Shown here: positions 8,576 to 17,631 of the stretch, in pieces
Layout: each line of letters begins with the position of its first letter
How positions within the stretch are numbered: the first letter of the stretch is position 1
Virus record (IMG/VR): IMGVR_UViG_3300031520_000199
Location: 1-37,357 of that record
Origin: a virus
Taxonomy: Duplodnaviria > Caudoviricetes
Strand: one strand, 5' to 3'
Length of the DNA stretch: 37,357 nucleotides
The notes under the pieces: model-generated
Databases searched by the model: none
What the model was told of the DNA's origin: nothing
What the model saw: the letters and a program-made list of their open reading frames with translations, nothing else
Made by a program: the position numbers and the translations under genes

Positions 8576-9856
8576 ATGTCCTTTTGGAACTCGCTCAAAA
8601 CCGTGATGACGACCCCCATCGGGAGGGGCGTGGCGCTGCCGTCGGGCAATGGCAATTTGCACTGGTGGGGCGACGGCACGGGGCCGATCTGGGGCAGCCT
8701 GGGCGCGCGGCCCGGCCTGGACATGAGGGCGGCGGCGGGCGACGTGAGCCAGAACTCCGTCGTGTCGGCGGCAGTGAACTGGCTGGCAACATCCTGGATG
8801 GAAGCGCCGCCCCTGGTGGGCATGAAGCAGGCCGGGAAGTTTGCGCCGAAAGCAGCGCATCCGTGCGCCCTGCTGCTCGCGCAGCCCGCGCCGGACTTTG
8901 CGGGGCAATGGCTGACCTGGGCGCTGCTGACCGACTACTTCCGCGATGGAAATGCCTACTGCCACATTGTCATGGGCCTGCGCGAGCCGGGGGAGCTGCA
9001 ATACTTGCCCGCCCGCTGCATAAGGCCTGTTTCGGACGCCCAGGGGAGGCTGGCGTACTACGAATACAAGCCGAAAGCGGGCACGGTCTATCAGCTAGAC
9101 CCGGCGCGCGTGGTGCATTTTCGGTTTGGGGTTGACCCTGGCAACCTGCTGCGCGGCGTGAGTCCGTTCGGCCCGGCCTCAGTGGAGATTGTGTCGGACA
9201 ACGCGGCGGCGGCGTATCCGGCCCACCTGCTGCATCACGGCGGCGTGCCGCCCGGCGTGCTGGTGCCGGAGCCGCCGCAAAAGGACTCCCGCACGGAGCC
9301 GATGACGCGGGAGGTGGCACAGACGCTCAAAGACGATTTCAACGCCAAGCGCCGGGCCACCCCCGGCGAAATCCCGATCCTCTCGGCGGCGCTGAAGCTG
9401 ATCATGCTGGGCTACAAACCGTCCGATATGGCCCTGCTAGAAGTGCGCACGATGCCGGAAACGCGCATCTGCGCGCAGATCGGCATCCCGCCCATCGTCC
9501 TGAACCTGTATTCCGGCCTCCAGCGCTCCACGTTTGCCAACATGGAGGAAGCCAAGAAAAGCGCGTGGACAGACGGCATCATCCCGCTGCAAACCCTGTT
9601 CGCGTCCGAGTGGACGCGGGTGCTGCTGCCCCTGTTTGGCAACTCGCACGGCCTGGTGGTGGGGCATGACTACTCCAAAGTGGGCGTGCTGCAAGAGGAT
9701 ATGACGGCGAAGCGCCGGCAGGCGCTGGACGAATACAACGCAGGCCTGCTGACCTACGAGGAAGCCCGCAGCGAGGGCGGACGGGATACGCCGGAGGGCC
9801 AGAAGCCGGGCGCGCCGCCTGTGCCCATTGTGGAGAAAGACCCACCCCAATTATGA
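8576..9856 (+). CDS. Portal protein (HK97-like)
   Basis: DGNAY, VVHFR, GVSP, GGVPPGVL, ICAQIGIPP, TFANMEE. Confidence 0.93.
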   Translation: MSFWNSLKTVMTTPIGRGVALPSGNGNLHWWGDGTGPIWGSLGARPGLDMRAAAGDVSQNSVVSAAVNWLATSWMEAPPLVGMKQAGKFAPKAAHPCALLLAQPAPDFAGQWLTWALLTDYFRDGNAYCHIVMGLREPGELQYLPARCIRPVSDAQGRLAYYEYKPKAGTVYQLDPARVVHFRFGVDPGNLLRGVSPFGPASVEIVSDNAAAAYPAHLLHHGGVPPGVLVPEPPQKDSRTEPMTREVAQTLKDDFNAKRRATPGEIPILSAALKLIMLGYKPSDMALLEVRTMPETRICAQIGIPPIVLNLYSGLQRSTFANMEEAKKSAWTDGIIPLQTLFASEWTRVLLPLFGNSHGLVVGHDYSKVGVLQEDMTAKRRQALDEYNAGLLTYEEARSEGGRDTPEGQKPGAPPVPIVEKDPPQL

Positions 9857-10089
9857 TCATCTTAATGAATATTCCCGCGTCGGAGACGGCGCATATCCAC
9901 AAGAACCTGACTGGAGACAAGTTCGCGTGGGTTGGCCCGGCGACGGGCTACGTGCAGATTTCGGATGCGTTCGCCGCGTCGCCGGAGTTTGCCCGTCTGC
10001 CGTGGAAGCTGCGCAAAGTGGGCGTGCCGCCGCAGAAGTCACCGCGCTGTACCTATTACAAGCGCGTTGTGGAGCGAAAAACTAAATGA
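9853..10089 (+). CDS. Hypothetical protein
   Basis: ATGA overlaps with both neighbours. Confidence 0.6.
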   Translation: MIILMNIPASETAHIHKNLTGDKFAWVGPATGYVQISDAFAASPEFARLPWKLRKVGVPPQKSPRCTYYKRVVERKTK

Positions 10090-10898
10090 ACACGGAAGAC
10101 CAAATTGTTTTCGGCGGCTCCGTCAAGGCGCTGGGCGATGGCAGGTACGAGGCCCCGCTCGTGACTTTCGGCACGGCACATCGGCCTGACCTCGCGCGGG
10201 ATTTTTTTACCAAAGAGACGAACTTCTGGACGGACTTTCCCCGCGAAGTGCCGCTCCTTTATTCGCACGGACTGGACGCAACGCTCAAGGCCACGCGGCT
10301 GGGTGTCGGGGGCACGACCACGCTGGAAATGAAGGACGGCGGCGTGTGGATGGTGGGCCAGCTCAACCTTGCCAATGAGTACGAAAAAGCCATTTACGGC
10401 CTGATCGAGCAGAAAAAGATGGGCACCAGCAGCGGCAGTGCGCCGCACCTGGTGGAGCGCGTCGCCGAGGGCAAAGCGTACAAAGTGCTTTCGTGGCCGA
10501 TTGTGGAAGCGTCGCTGACCCCGCAGCCATGCGAAAGCGCCAATTATGGGCGCGTCGTGTCTGTCAAGAGCCTGCCCGAACTGCTCGGCATCAAGGCTGT
10601 GCCGGAGACGTCTCCGGCAGCCACACTTGCCAGCGTGGAAGCAGAGGCGGAAACCGCGCTGGCGGCTGTCAAGGCGCTCCAAGCGGGCATGACCGCCCTG
10701 CCCCTATCCGCCATTAAAAGCGGGCTGTCGCCGATGCTTCGCAGCAAAATCGGCAGCGTCTCGGACGGCCTGCTGGACCTGCTTGGCATGGTGACAGCCG
10801 ACGACCGGGACGCGCTGGCAGCCGAAGCGGCCATTTTGCGCGCCGTCACCAGCGAAGCCAACGATCTCTATTACGACGCCCTCTACGACTGGGATTAA
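10086..10898 (+). CDS. Prohead maturation protease with possible scaffold tail
   Basis: LLYSHG, GTSSGS, WPIVEASLTPQPCE; lies between portal and capsid. Confidence 0.85.
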   Translation: MNTEDQIVFGGSVKALGDGRYEAPLVTFGTAHRPDLARDFFTKETNFWTDFPREVPLLYSHGLDATLKATRLGVGGTTTLEMKDGGVWMVGQLNLANEYEKAIYGLIEQKKMGTSSGSAPHLVERVAEGKAYKVLSWPIVEASLTPQPCESANYGRVVSVKSLPELLGIKAVPETSPAATLASVEAEAETALAAVKALQAGMTALPLSAIKSGLSPMLRSKIGSVSDGLLDLLGMVTADDRDALAAEAAILRAVTSEANDLYYDALYDWD

Positions 10899-10935
10899 TC
10901 CCAGTCGTTTAACTTCCATAATAAAGGATGTACAC

Positions 10936-12189
10936 GTGGACTATAAAGCACTAGAAGAGCAGCGCAAAACGAAGGCTGCTGAGCTTAAAACGCTGCTGGA
11001 CAAGCACAAAAACGACAAGGGCGAGTATTTGCCCACCCTGGATGTGAAAGAAGTCCAGGCCCGCAACGCCGAGCTGAACGACATCGGCGAAAAAGCGGAC
11101 GCCGCCCGCGCCGTCAAGATGGCGGAAGACAACGCGCTGAAACACAACCGCGTGCAGGTGCCCGCCAATCACAACCCCAATTATCAGCATCCCAAAGGCG
11201 GGCCGGAAGAGCCGGGCACGGCGCAGAAGACGCTGGGCGAGATGGTGATTGAGGCGTGGGGCGGACGCTCCGAGCAGAACCCGGACGCTTTCAAAAGCTA
11301 CGTGCCGGGCAAGGAGGTGCGCGGCGAAATCAAGCACGTGGATGTCAAGACGCTGATGACAACCAGCTCGGGCTTCGCCCCTGCCAACAACCGAGGCCCG
11401 GTGGTTGTTCCGTTCGGCCTGCGCCGCCCGGTGATCGCCGACCTGATCCCTTCGGACAACACAGACGTTTCGCTTGTGCGGTACATGGTGGAAACCACCT
11501 TTGACAATGAGGCCGCGCCGGTTGCCGAGGGCGCGCTCAAGCCGCAGTCGGGCCTCGGCTTCACCGAGCGGCAGTCCCCGGTGCAGAAAATCGCGACGTG
11601 GATTCCCGTCACCGACGAACAGCTCAAATATGTCCCCGGCGTCCTGTCCCTGATTGACAACCGCCTGACCCTGATGGTCAAGCTCACCGAGGAAGTCCAG
11701 CTCCTGCAAGGCAGCGGGGTAGCCCCGAACTTGCAGGGCTTTTTGACCACGCCGGGCGTCGGCGTAGTGGCGGCGGACTATTCGGGCCTGAACAACACAC
11801 CCGACGCGGTGTACCAGGCGTTCACCAAAGTGCGGAGCATCGGGTTTGCCGAGCCGAACGGCGTGGTGATCCACCCGGTCAACTGGCAGAGCGTGCGGCT
11901 GCTGAAAACAACCCAAGGCGCGTACATCTACGGCGACCCCTCGGTGGAAGGCCCGGAGCGGTTCTGGGGCAAGCAGGCGATTATCACCACGGCCATTGCC
12001 CAGGGTACCGTCCTGACCGGCGACTATGCGATGTATAGCCACATCAGCCGGGGCATGGACATTATGGTGGAAGTCGGCTTTATCAACGACGACTTTGTGC
12101 GCAACCAGAAAACCATCCGCGCCGAAGAGTATCTGAGCCTGGAAATCTACCGGGCGTCGGCGTTCTGCAAGATCAGCGGCGTCGTTTAG
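10936..12189 (+). CDS. Major capsid protein (HK97 fold with N-terminal delta domain)
   Basis: GTG after AAAGGA; N-terminal coiled coil; VAEGALKP, KIATWIPVTDEQL, QLLQGSG, IRAEE. Confidence 0.95.
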   Translation: MDYKALEEQRKTKAAELKTLLDKHKNDKGEYLPTLDVKEVQARNAELNDIGEKADAARAVKMAEDNALKHNRVQVPANHNPNYQHPKGGPEEPGTAQKTLGEMVIEAWGGRSEQNPDAFKSYVPGKEVRGEIKHVDVKTLMTTSSGFAPANNRGPVVVPFGLRRPVIADLIPSDNTDVSLVRYMVETTFDNEAAPVAEGALKPQSGLGFTERQSPVQKIATWIPVTDEQLKYVPGVLSLIDNRLTLMVKLTEEVQLLQGSGVAPNLQGFLTTPGVGVVAADYSGLNNTPDAVYQAFTKVRSIGFAEPNGVVIHPVNWQSVRLLKTTQGAYIYGDPSVEGPERFWGKQAIITTAIAQGTVLTGDYAMYSHISRGMDIMVEVGFINDDFVRNQKTIRAEEYLSLEIYRASAFCKISGVV

Positions 12190-12200
12190 TCACCAAATCG

Positions 12201-12232
12201 GAGCCGGCACACCAAATGGTGTGGCGGCTTTT
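12201..12232 (+). terminator. Rho-independent terminator after the capsid gene
   Basis: AGCCG-GCACACCA-AA-TGGTGTG-GCGGCT followed by TTT. Confidence 0.6.
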
Positions 12233-12257
12233 CGGCTACTTATTGAAAGGGAACACG

Positions 12258-12539
12258 ATGATTGCCAAAAACTCGTATGCGCTGACCGCTGACGGCGAGG
12301 CGGTGCTGGAAACCGACCTGAAGGCTGACACGCTGCTGGTGGCCGAAGGCGGCTACATCACAGCGGAAGATGCCAAAAAGTACGGCGTGGAAGCGGTGGA
12401 CGCGCCCACGCTTGGCTCCGACCCGCCCGGCCCATCCGTTGTGCTGGGGCTGGGGACGGCCAGAAGCCTGGATACCACGCCCGGATCTGACGCCACGCCC
12501 GCTGCGGCGAGGACTGCGGCCACCCGCACAAGCGAGTAA
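12258..12539 (+). CDS. Small post-capsid protein
   Basis: ATG after GAAAGGG; LLVAEGGYITAEDAKKYG. Confidence 0.7.
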   Translation: MIAKNSYALTADGEAVLETDLKADTLLVAEGGYITAEDAKKYGVEAVDAPTLGSDPPGPSVVLGLGTARSLDTTPGSDATPAAARTAATRTSE

Positions 12540-12548
12540 TCATCCGCG

Positions 12549-13280
12549 ATGCCCTTCACACCCGTTAACCACTACCCGGACGGCGACGCGCTCAAACAGT
12601 TTTTGCTGGGGCTGAGCGTCCTGGCCATTACTGCCGCCGTCGGCGGCATGGACACGGACGGCGCGGCGGCGGCAGCAGCGGATGATTGGGAGCGGCAGAC
12701 GCGCTGGCTGCCGTTTTTGTCGCCGGGACAGAGCGAAACCCGCACATTTGACCCGCCTGCCGATAGTCCCATTTTGTTCCTGTCGGCGGGCCTGCTGTCG
12801 CTGAGCAGGATCACCGTGAACGTTGTGGGAGGGTCGGCGGGCGTGCCGCTGGCTTGGGGGCGCGACTTTCGGCTCCTGCCGCAGAACGCGCCCGCGCAGA
12901 GCAAGCCCTACGAGATGGTGGAGTTTCTGTCGGGCGGATACCGGGCGGATGCGTGGCAGGCGGGCTTTGCGGGCATCGGGTACGGGTTTTCGCCGCTGGC
13001 CGGGGCCTATGGGCAGGCCGGCAGTATGCAGATCACCGGCGAATGGGGGCGCGTGCCGGCAGTTCCTGCGGATGTCGCGCAGGCTGTTTTGCGGATGGGC
13101 GCCTTGCAGCTCGCGCCGGAGCTGGCGGCAGCCATCAGCGGGGGATTGGTGGAACGCAAGGACGGCGACGAAACTGAGCGCTTCGCGGTCGGCTCCACAT
13201 CGGCCATGTCTACGCAGATGGCCGCGTGGGAGCGCACGCGGGAACGCGCCCTCGCCCGTTGGACAAGGCCAACCTACTAA
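12549..13280 (+). CDS. Head-tail adaptor/connector
   Basis: Position; ETRTFD and ITGEWGRVPAVPADVAQAVL motifs. Confidence 0.75.
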   Translation: MPFTPVNHYPDGDALKQFLLGLSVLAITAAVGGMDTDGAAAAAADDWERQTRWLPFLSPGQSETRTFDPPADSPILFLSAGLLSLSRITVNVVGGSAGVPLAWGRDFRLLPQNAPAQSKPYEMVEFLSGGYRADAWQAGFAGIGYGFSPLAGAYGQAGSMQITGEWGRVPAVPADVAQAVLRMGALQLAPELAAAISGGLVERKDGDETERFAVGSTSAMSTQMAAWERTRERALARWTRPTY

Positions 13281-13315
13281 TATAAGGCCAACCTACTAAT
13301 AGGGGTCGTTTTAAT

Positions 13316-13657
13316 ATGCCGTTTGTCCTTGTAAGTGTCCCCATCGTGCGCTCGAAAGCCACCACGAAAACCGCGACCGGCTACAGTGGCGCTGCTGCCG
13401 CCGTGCCGGGATCGCCGTTCCAGGCCCGTGTGTACCGCGTAGCTCAGGTAGCCGTCAACCGGGACGAAGCGGCTGCGGGGAGCACGACAGTAGATGCCAC
13501 GCGCAGAATTGCAATTTACGACCCGGCCTGTCCAGTGAAGGCTGGCGACATCGCCACATTGCCCGAAGCCGACGGCACCACCACGCAGGCTAAAGTGCTG
13601 CGTAAGCGCAGCTACACGAAAAGCGTGCAGTACGATTTAGAAACGGGCGCGGAATAG
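13316..13657 (+). CDS. Putative head closure protein
   Basis: Position, size and PVKAGDI motif. Confidence 0.6.
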   Translation: MPFVLVSVPIVRSKATTKTATGYSGAAAAVPGSPFQARVYRVAQVAVNRDEAAAGSTTVDATRRIAIYDPACPVKAGDIATLPEADGTTTQAKVLRKRSYTKSVQYDLETGAE

Positions 13658-14010
13658 TGGCAGGCTTTAATTCGCCCTCGGTGCGTGCTCGCGAGGTGCA
13701 GCGGCTGCAAGTGGCCTCGCTGACGGCGGCAATGCAGCACGCGATGGAGATGGTCGCGTGGTACGCCAATTCCGAGCACTCGTACACCCGGCGCACGGGC
13801 GAGACGGAAGCGACGACGGTGGGCGGAGTGCGGGAAGCGACGGCGGAGAAAATCGTGGGCGTTGTGTCTTCGGGCATGGATTATGACGTTTTCCTGTCCT
13901 TAATCAAGGATGGGAAATGGAGTTACTTATGGCCCGCAATGCTGGCCCATCAGGAAGAAGTCATGGCAATCCTGGGCGAAGCGGGCCTGGGGAACGAGGG
14001 GCGTAAATGA
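13657..14010 (+). CDS. Putative neck protein (HK97 gp10-like)
   Basis: YTRRTGE and YLWPAM motifs; position. Confidence 0.6.
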   Translation: MAGFNSPSVRAREVQRLQVASLTAAMQHAMEMVAWYANSEHSYTRRTGETEATTVGGVREATAEKIVGVVSSGMDYDVFLSLIKDGKWSYLWPAMLAHQEEVMAILGEAGLGNEGRK

Positions 14011-14259
14011 CCAAAAAAGAGTTTCTATCGAAGTTCGGTCGGTATGCCACTACCTATGAAATCCCGCGCTGAATGGCGTCACGCGGGGATGCTGGGTTCG
14101 GCTGTGGGCGTTGTCACCATCCGCTCCATACCTACTCTACAATTACGCTTGCAGTAGCGCGCCCATTTATAAAGACCAGGTGCGAAGGCCAGAACCATTA
14201 TACCCACACAGAGGGCTTTTGGCAACACTCGCTGACACAACCGTCAGCATAAACACAAA

Positions 14260-14664
14260 CCCGCCCCTCCTCCCCCGGCTAAAGCCAAGAGGGGGTTTCC
14301 GGGCCGGAGAAATACTGTGAAACACCACCCGGCTAAAGCCGGGGGCTTCGGGCCTTTCCCTCCCTGCGTGATTGTAGCGCAGTAGTTTTGTAGTGTGCGG
14401 CTTCGCCGGGTGGCGACGACCAGAAAGGTTGAGATTGACGTGACATTTTCACTGGCTTGCGGAAATTGTGGAAAACTGTCGACCTTGAGCAACGATAACC
14501 CTATAACGAACGGGAGTTGGCAGCAGGAGTGCGGGCATTGTGGGTGGTGGTGTGTTGCCAGAGTCATTTCTGAGCCAGTAACTGACCCTCGCCCGCTTGC
14601 CAATAGCAAGGAGGAGCGGCTTTCCTCCACCCAATAAATTGGGTGGTTTCCCGCCGCGAATACT
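14260..14664 (-). mobile_element. Non-autonomous IS200/IS605-type element (LE 14664, RE 14317) plus an abutting second left end
   Basis: Minus strand: TCAT|AGTATT...hairpin 14627-14646...GAAGCCCCCGGCTTTAGCCGGGTGGTGTTTCAC|AGTATT...hairpin 14272-14295; no tnpA, tnpB or iscB. Confidence 0.65.
14395..14637 (+). CDS. Small Zn-ribbon cargo ORF inside the IS-end element
   Basis: CGNCG...CGHCG; start uncertain (GTG 14440 possible). Confidence 0.5.
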   Translation: MRLRRVATTRKVEIDVTFSLACGNCGKLSTLSNDNPITNGSWQQECGHCGWWCVARVISEPVTDPRPLANSKEERLSSTQ

Positions 14665-15150
14665 ATGAGCCTGGCACCCAAAGTCGCTTTGTATGACATT
14701 CTTCGCAAAGACGTCGCGCTGGTGAGCCTGTTGGCCGCCGACCCCAATGTGGCGAATGAGCCGGCCCTGTTTCCGGGCGGCTCCATCAGCCGCGTCACGC
14801 CTGTTTATCCCTGCCTGACGTACCGCGCCAGCGACGGGGTGCCGGACAAGCGCTTTGGGCCGGTACTGCTCCCTCTGGTTGTGCCGGGGAGTGCGGGGGC
14901 GGGCGAAGAGCCATCGGTGCAAGACGTGTTTGTGGATATGGAAGCGTGGACGGACGGGGACGACACCGCGCCGGTGGAGGCTATTTTGGCCCGCCTGAAA
15001 CTGCTGCTGCACAACGTGCGATTTGCCACCACGGAAGGGGCTGTGCGCTCTCGGTGCATCACGGAGCAGCATGATCTGTACGACAAAACCCTGAACGCCG
15101 CGTTTGCCCTGATCCGCTTTTCCCTGCACATCACGACGCGCCCCGCCTAA
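14665..15150 (+). CDS. Tail terminator/completion protein
   Basis: ALYDILRKDVALVSLL, YPCLTY, VDMEAW; directly before the tail tube. Confidence 0.75.
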   Translation: MSLAPKVALYDILRKDVALVSLLAADPNVANEPALFPGGSISRVTPVYPCLTYRASDGVPDKRFGPVLLPLVVPGSAGAGEEPSVQDVFVDMEAWTDGDDTAPVEAILARLKLLLHNVRFATTEGAVRSRCITEQHDLYDKTLNAAFALIRFSLHITTRPA

Positions 15151-15230
15151 TATCACGATCCTAATATCACCACAACGCGCACCGCCTGGTCTCTAGCGGC
15201 GGGCTATTACCATAACAAAGGAAGTTTCCT

Positions 15231-15773
15231 ATGTCTGAAATCCGCATCTTTTCCACCGGCATCATCCGCGTGGGCGACATCGCCACCGCATCCGCCGCTG
15301 CCGGCTACGGCGCAGGCCCGGTGCTGTCCAGCCTCACCGACCAAGTTTACGACGTGCAGGACGTGGAAGTGCCCGTGTCCTACCAGGAGAAGGAGATGCG
15401 GGCCGCGCCGCAGGTCTCCAACTTCGCCCGTTCCCGCTCGTTCTACGGGGCCAAGCAGGAAGTCAACTTCACGGTGGGCGACTACAGCAAGCTGCTCTTA
15501 AAATACTTCGCGGGCATGACGGCTTCTAACGGCGGGCTGACCTATACGCTGGGCGCCACCAGCAAGCCGCTGTTCTGCCACCTAGAGCTGGACGTGCAGG
15601 ACGAAGCCGGGAACCCGGTCTCCTATGTGTTTTACCGCTTTTCTGCGCCGGGCCTGACACAGTCGTTCAAACTGGACGCCTACGTGGAGCCGGGCGTCAA
15701 AGGCCAGGCTGACCCTTCGCAGGTGGCGGCGACATTGAACCGGGTCACAGACATCTTCCTGCCAGCAGCGTAA
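15231..15773 (+). CDS. Tail tube protein, paralogue 1
   Basis: RBS AAAGGA; position; aligns with the next ORF from its residue 77. Confidence 0.7.
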   Translation: MSEIRIFSTGIIRVGDIATASAAAGYGAGPVLSSLTDQVYDVQDVEVPVSYQEKEMRAAPQVSNFARSRSFYGAKQEVNFTVGDYSKLLLKYFAGMTASNGGLTYTLGATSKPLFCHLELDVQDEAGNPVSYVFYRFSAPGLTQSFKLDAYVEPGVKGQADPSQVAATLNRVTDIFLPAA

Positions 15774-15848
15774 TTCTCTCCCCCTGATACGCCATCAGAG
15801 TGCGCCCGGCTAGGGGCAGGTTCACAGAACCTGCCCCTGGATTCTGCC

Positions 15849-16595
15849 ATGTCTACGACCTACAGTTTTTATCGCTCTTTGCAGCCGAACGACCCTCATG
15901 CGTATCCTATCGCGCTGGGCCTGACCGCGCCTACATTTACGGACGACGCCGTGCTGCCGGGCGTCCAGTATTGGTATCGCTACAGCAAAACAGTGGACGG
16001 CGGCCAACCTGTGTTTTCCGCCGACGTGTCCGCCATTGAACCGTTCCCCCCGTCGCCCGCCCCGAAAGGCAGCCAAATGTCCCGACGCATCTTTTCCACC
16101 GGCCAGCTCTTTTTCGACATCGGCTCCGGCCCGCAGGAGCTGGCCGTCCTGCAAGACATTGAGTACGCGCTGACCTTCCAGGACAAAGCCCTCTACACCG
16201 CCCCCTGGCTGGGCACACACGCGCGCACCCGCGCCTATTACGGAGGCGAGATGAAGATGAAGGCTACCAACGCCGTGTTCAGCGCGGCGGCCTGCGTGGC
16301 CCTGACTGGCGCGGCCAGCATCGCGCCAGTGGCGGCCAATCCCGGCGCGGTGCCGCCGGTCGCCGGCTCGCCGGGCATTGTGCGCCTGACGGGGACGGCG
16401 GCGCTGCCCCGCTTTTCGGGGCAGTTTACAACGCAGGACGAAAGCGGCAACCCGGTTGTGGTGACGTGCGGCAATGTGCGCGCGCCAGGGATGACCATTC
16501 CCTACAAACTGGACGACTTTGCCATGCCGAACTTTTCCATGATCGCCGACCCGGACAGCAACGGCAACGTCGCGATCTGGACGTTTGTGAATTAA
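15849..16595 (+). CDS. Tail tube paralogue 2 with N-terminal partial FN3 domain; internal start at 16077
   Basis: Shares RIFSTG, QDE.GNPV and APG.T...KLD with paralogue 1; ATG 16077 has RBS GAAAGG; residues 1-62 resemble FN3 strands C-G. Confidence 0.7.
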   Translation: MSTTYSFYRSLQPNDPHAYPIALGLTAPTFTDDAVLPGVQYWYRYSKTVDGGQPVFSADVSAIEPFPPSPAPKGSQMSRRIFSTGQLFFDIGSGPQELAVLQDIEYALTFQDKALYTAPWLGTHARTRAYYGGEMKMKATNAVFSAAACVALTGAASIAPVAANPGAVPPVAGSPGIVRLTGTAALPRFSGQFTTQDESGNPVVVTCGNVRAPGMTIPYKLDDFAMPNFSMIADPDSNGNVAIWTFVN

Positions 16596-16610
16596 ACGCG
16601 GGAGCCGCCT

Positions 16611-16901
16611 ATGGACACTACCGAGAACACCAAAACCGAAGCTCGCGCCACGTTGAACGCCTTGAAAGCACTACCCGAAAGCAGCATGGCGGCGGTCAAG
16701 TCTTCCAGCATCACGGCGGCAGGATATGACCAGACGCCAAACACGAGCACCGGCACGCTGCGGGTGCGCTTTTTCACGGGCGCGATCTACGCCTACAAAG
16801 ACGTGCCGGAAAGCGTCCATCAGGGCCTGATGGATGCGCCTAGCGCGGGCCAGTACCTTGTCACGCACATCAAGGGCAAGTATACGTTCGTCAAACTGTA
16901 G
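16611..16901 (+). CDS. KTSC domain protein
   Basis: VKSSSITAAGYD...TLRVRF..GAIYAYKDVP...LMDAPSAGQY...IKGKY. Confidence 0.88.
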   Translation: MDTTENTKTEARATLNALKALPESSMAAVKSSSITAAGYDQTPNTSTGTLRVRFFTGAIYAYKDVPESVHQGLMDAPSAGQYLVTHIKGKYTFVKL

Positions 16902-16948
16902 CATTAATGTTACAGATTGTAACCTAATTGTCACCAAAGAGGAAAATC

Positions 16949-17371
16949 ATGCCGGAAGAAATTATAGCCGTCTCCGTCCCCCGGTCTCAAGAAACCCTGG
17001 CCGGCGCATTGGCATCGCCGCGCGCGGTCGTGTTTGCCGGACACTCATTCTCTGTGAAGCCGCTGACGTTTAACAAACTGGTGGAAATTGAGGACGCCTG
17101 GGGGCCGCTGGACACGCTCAACATGAACAGCCTGGCCGTGCAGCGCTCGCTGGTTTCTATCATCTTGAGCACGTCCGAAAAGGCCGTCACCGAAGACGAA
17201 GTGGGCGAGATGCTCACCGTGGACGACTTGCGCGGCGGCTCCGAACTCATCACGGACGTGCTGCACTTTTCCGGGCTGCTCCGCTCCGAAGACGAACCCG
17301 CAAAGGATGCAGAGCCAAAGGATGATGGAGGAAAAAAGGACACGGGCCGCAAGACGGCCTCGCGCACCTGA
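16949..17371 (+). CDS. Tail assembly chaperone (gpG-like)
   Basis: RBS AGAGGA; acidic; slippery A AAA AAG near the end. Confidence 0.8.
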   Translation: MPEEIIAVSVPRSQETLAGALASPRAVVFAGHSFSVKPLTFNKLVEIEDAWGPLDTLNMNSLAVQRSLVSIILSTSEKAVTEDEVGEMLTVDDLRGGSELITDVLHFSGLLRSEDEPAKDAEPKDDGGKKDTGRKTASRT

Positions 17372-17619
17372 TTTCGTTCCTGGTCATACGCTGCGGGCGC
17401 TCGTTTGCCGAAATTGGCGAAATGACGCCCCGGCAGGCCCGCATTTTGCAGCGCCACGCGCCCGACGTGGACGGCCACGCGGAAGTGTGCACCGTTCTCT
17501 GGGAAATTGTCACCGCCTTGTTCCCGGCCAAAGACGACAAAAAAAAGCCGCCGCGCACCCGCGCTGACGCCTTGACGCAAAGATTTGGCAGCATTGAACT
17601 GCCCCCCACGTCCAAGTAG
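17332..17619 (+). CDS. -1 frameshift extension of the chaperone (gpGT-like)
   Basis: A AAA AAG at 17332-17338; the -1 frame is open (GHGPQDGLAHLISFLVIRCGRSFAEIGEMTPRQ...) to 17619. Confidence 0.85.
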   Translation, partial: KKGHGPQDGLAHLISFLVIRCGRSFAEIGEMTPRQARILQRHAPDVDGHAEVCTVLWEIVTALFPAKDDKKKPPRTRADALTQRFGSIELPPTSK

Positions 17620-17631
17620 TTCTAATCAGTT

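Noticed and set aside
7118-9001. Long antisense ORFs (also 10951-12042, 33385-34650, 1963-2850)
   Set aside because: Shadows of well-supported genes in high-GC DNA, with no motifs.
14111-14320. ORF ending LLPRLKPRGGFRAGEIL as an IscB/TnpB remnant
   Set aside because: That tail is only the translation of the IS-end hairpin; no RuvC or HNH motifs.
16611-16901. Link between KTSC (named after lysyl-tRNA synthetase) and the tRNA-Lys integration site
   Set aside because: A naming coincidence; nothing in the sequence connects them.
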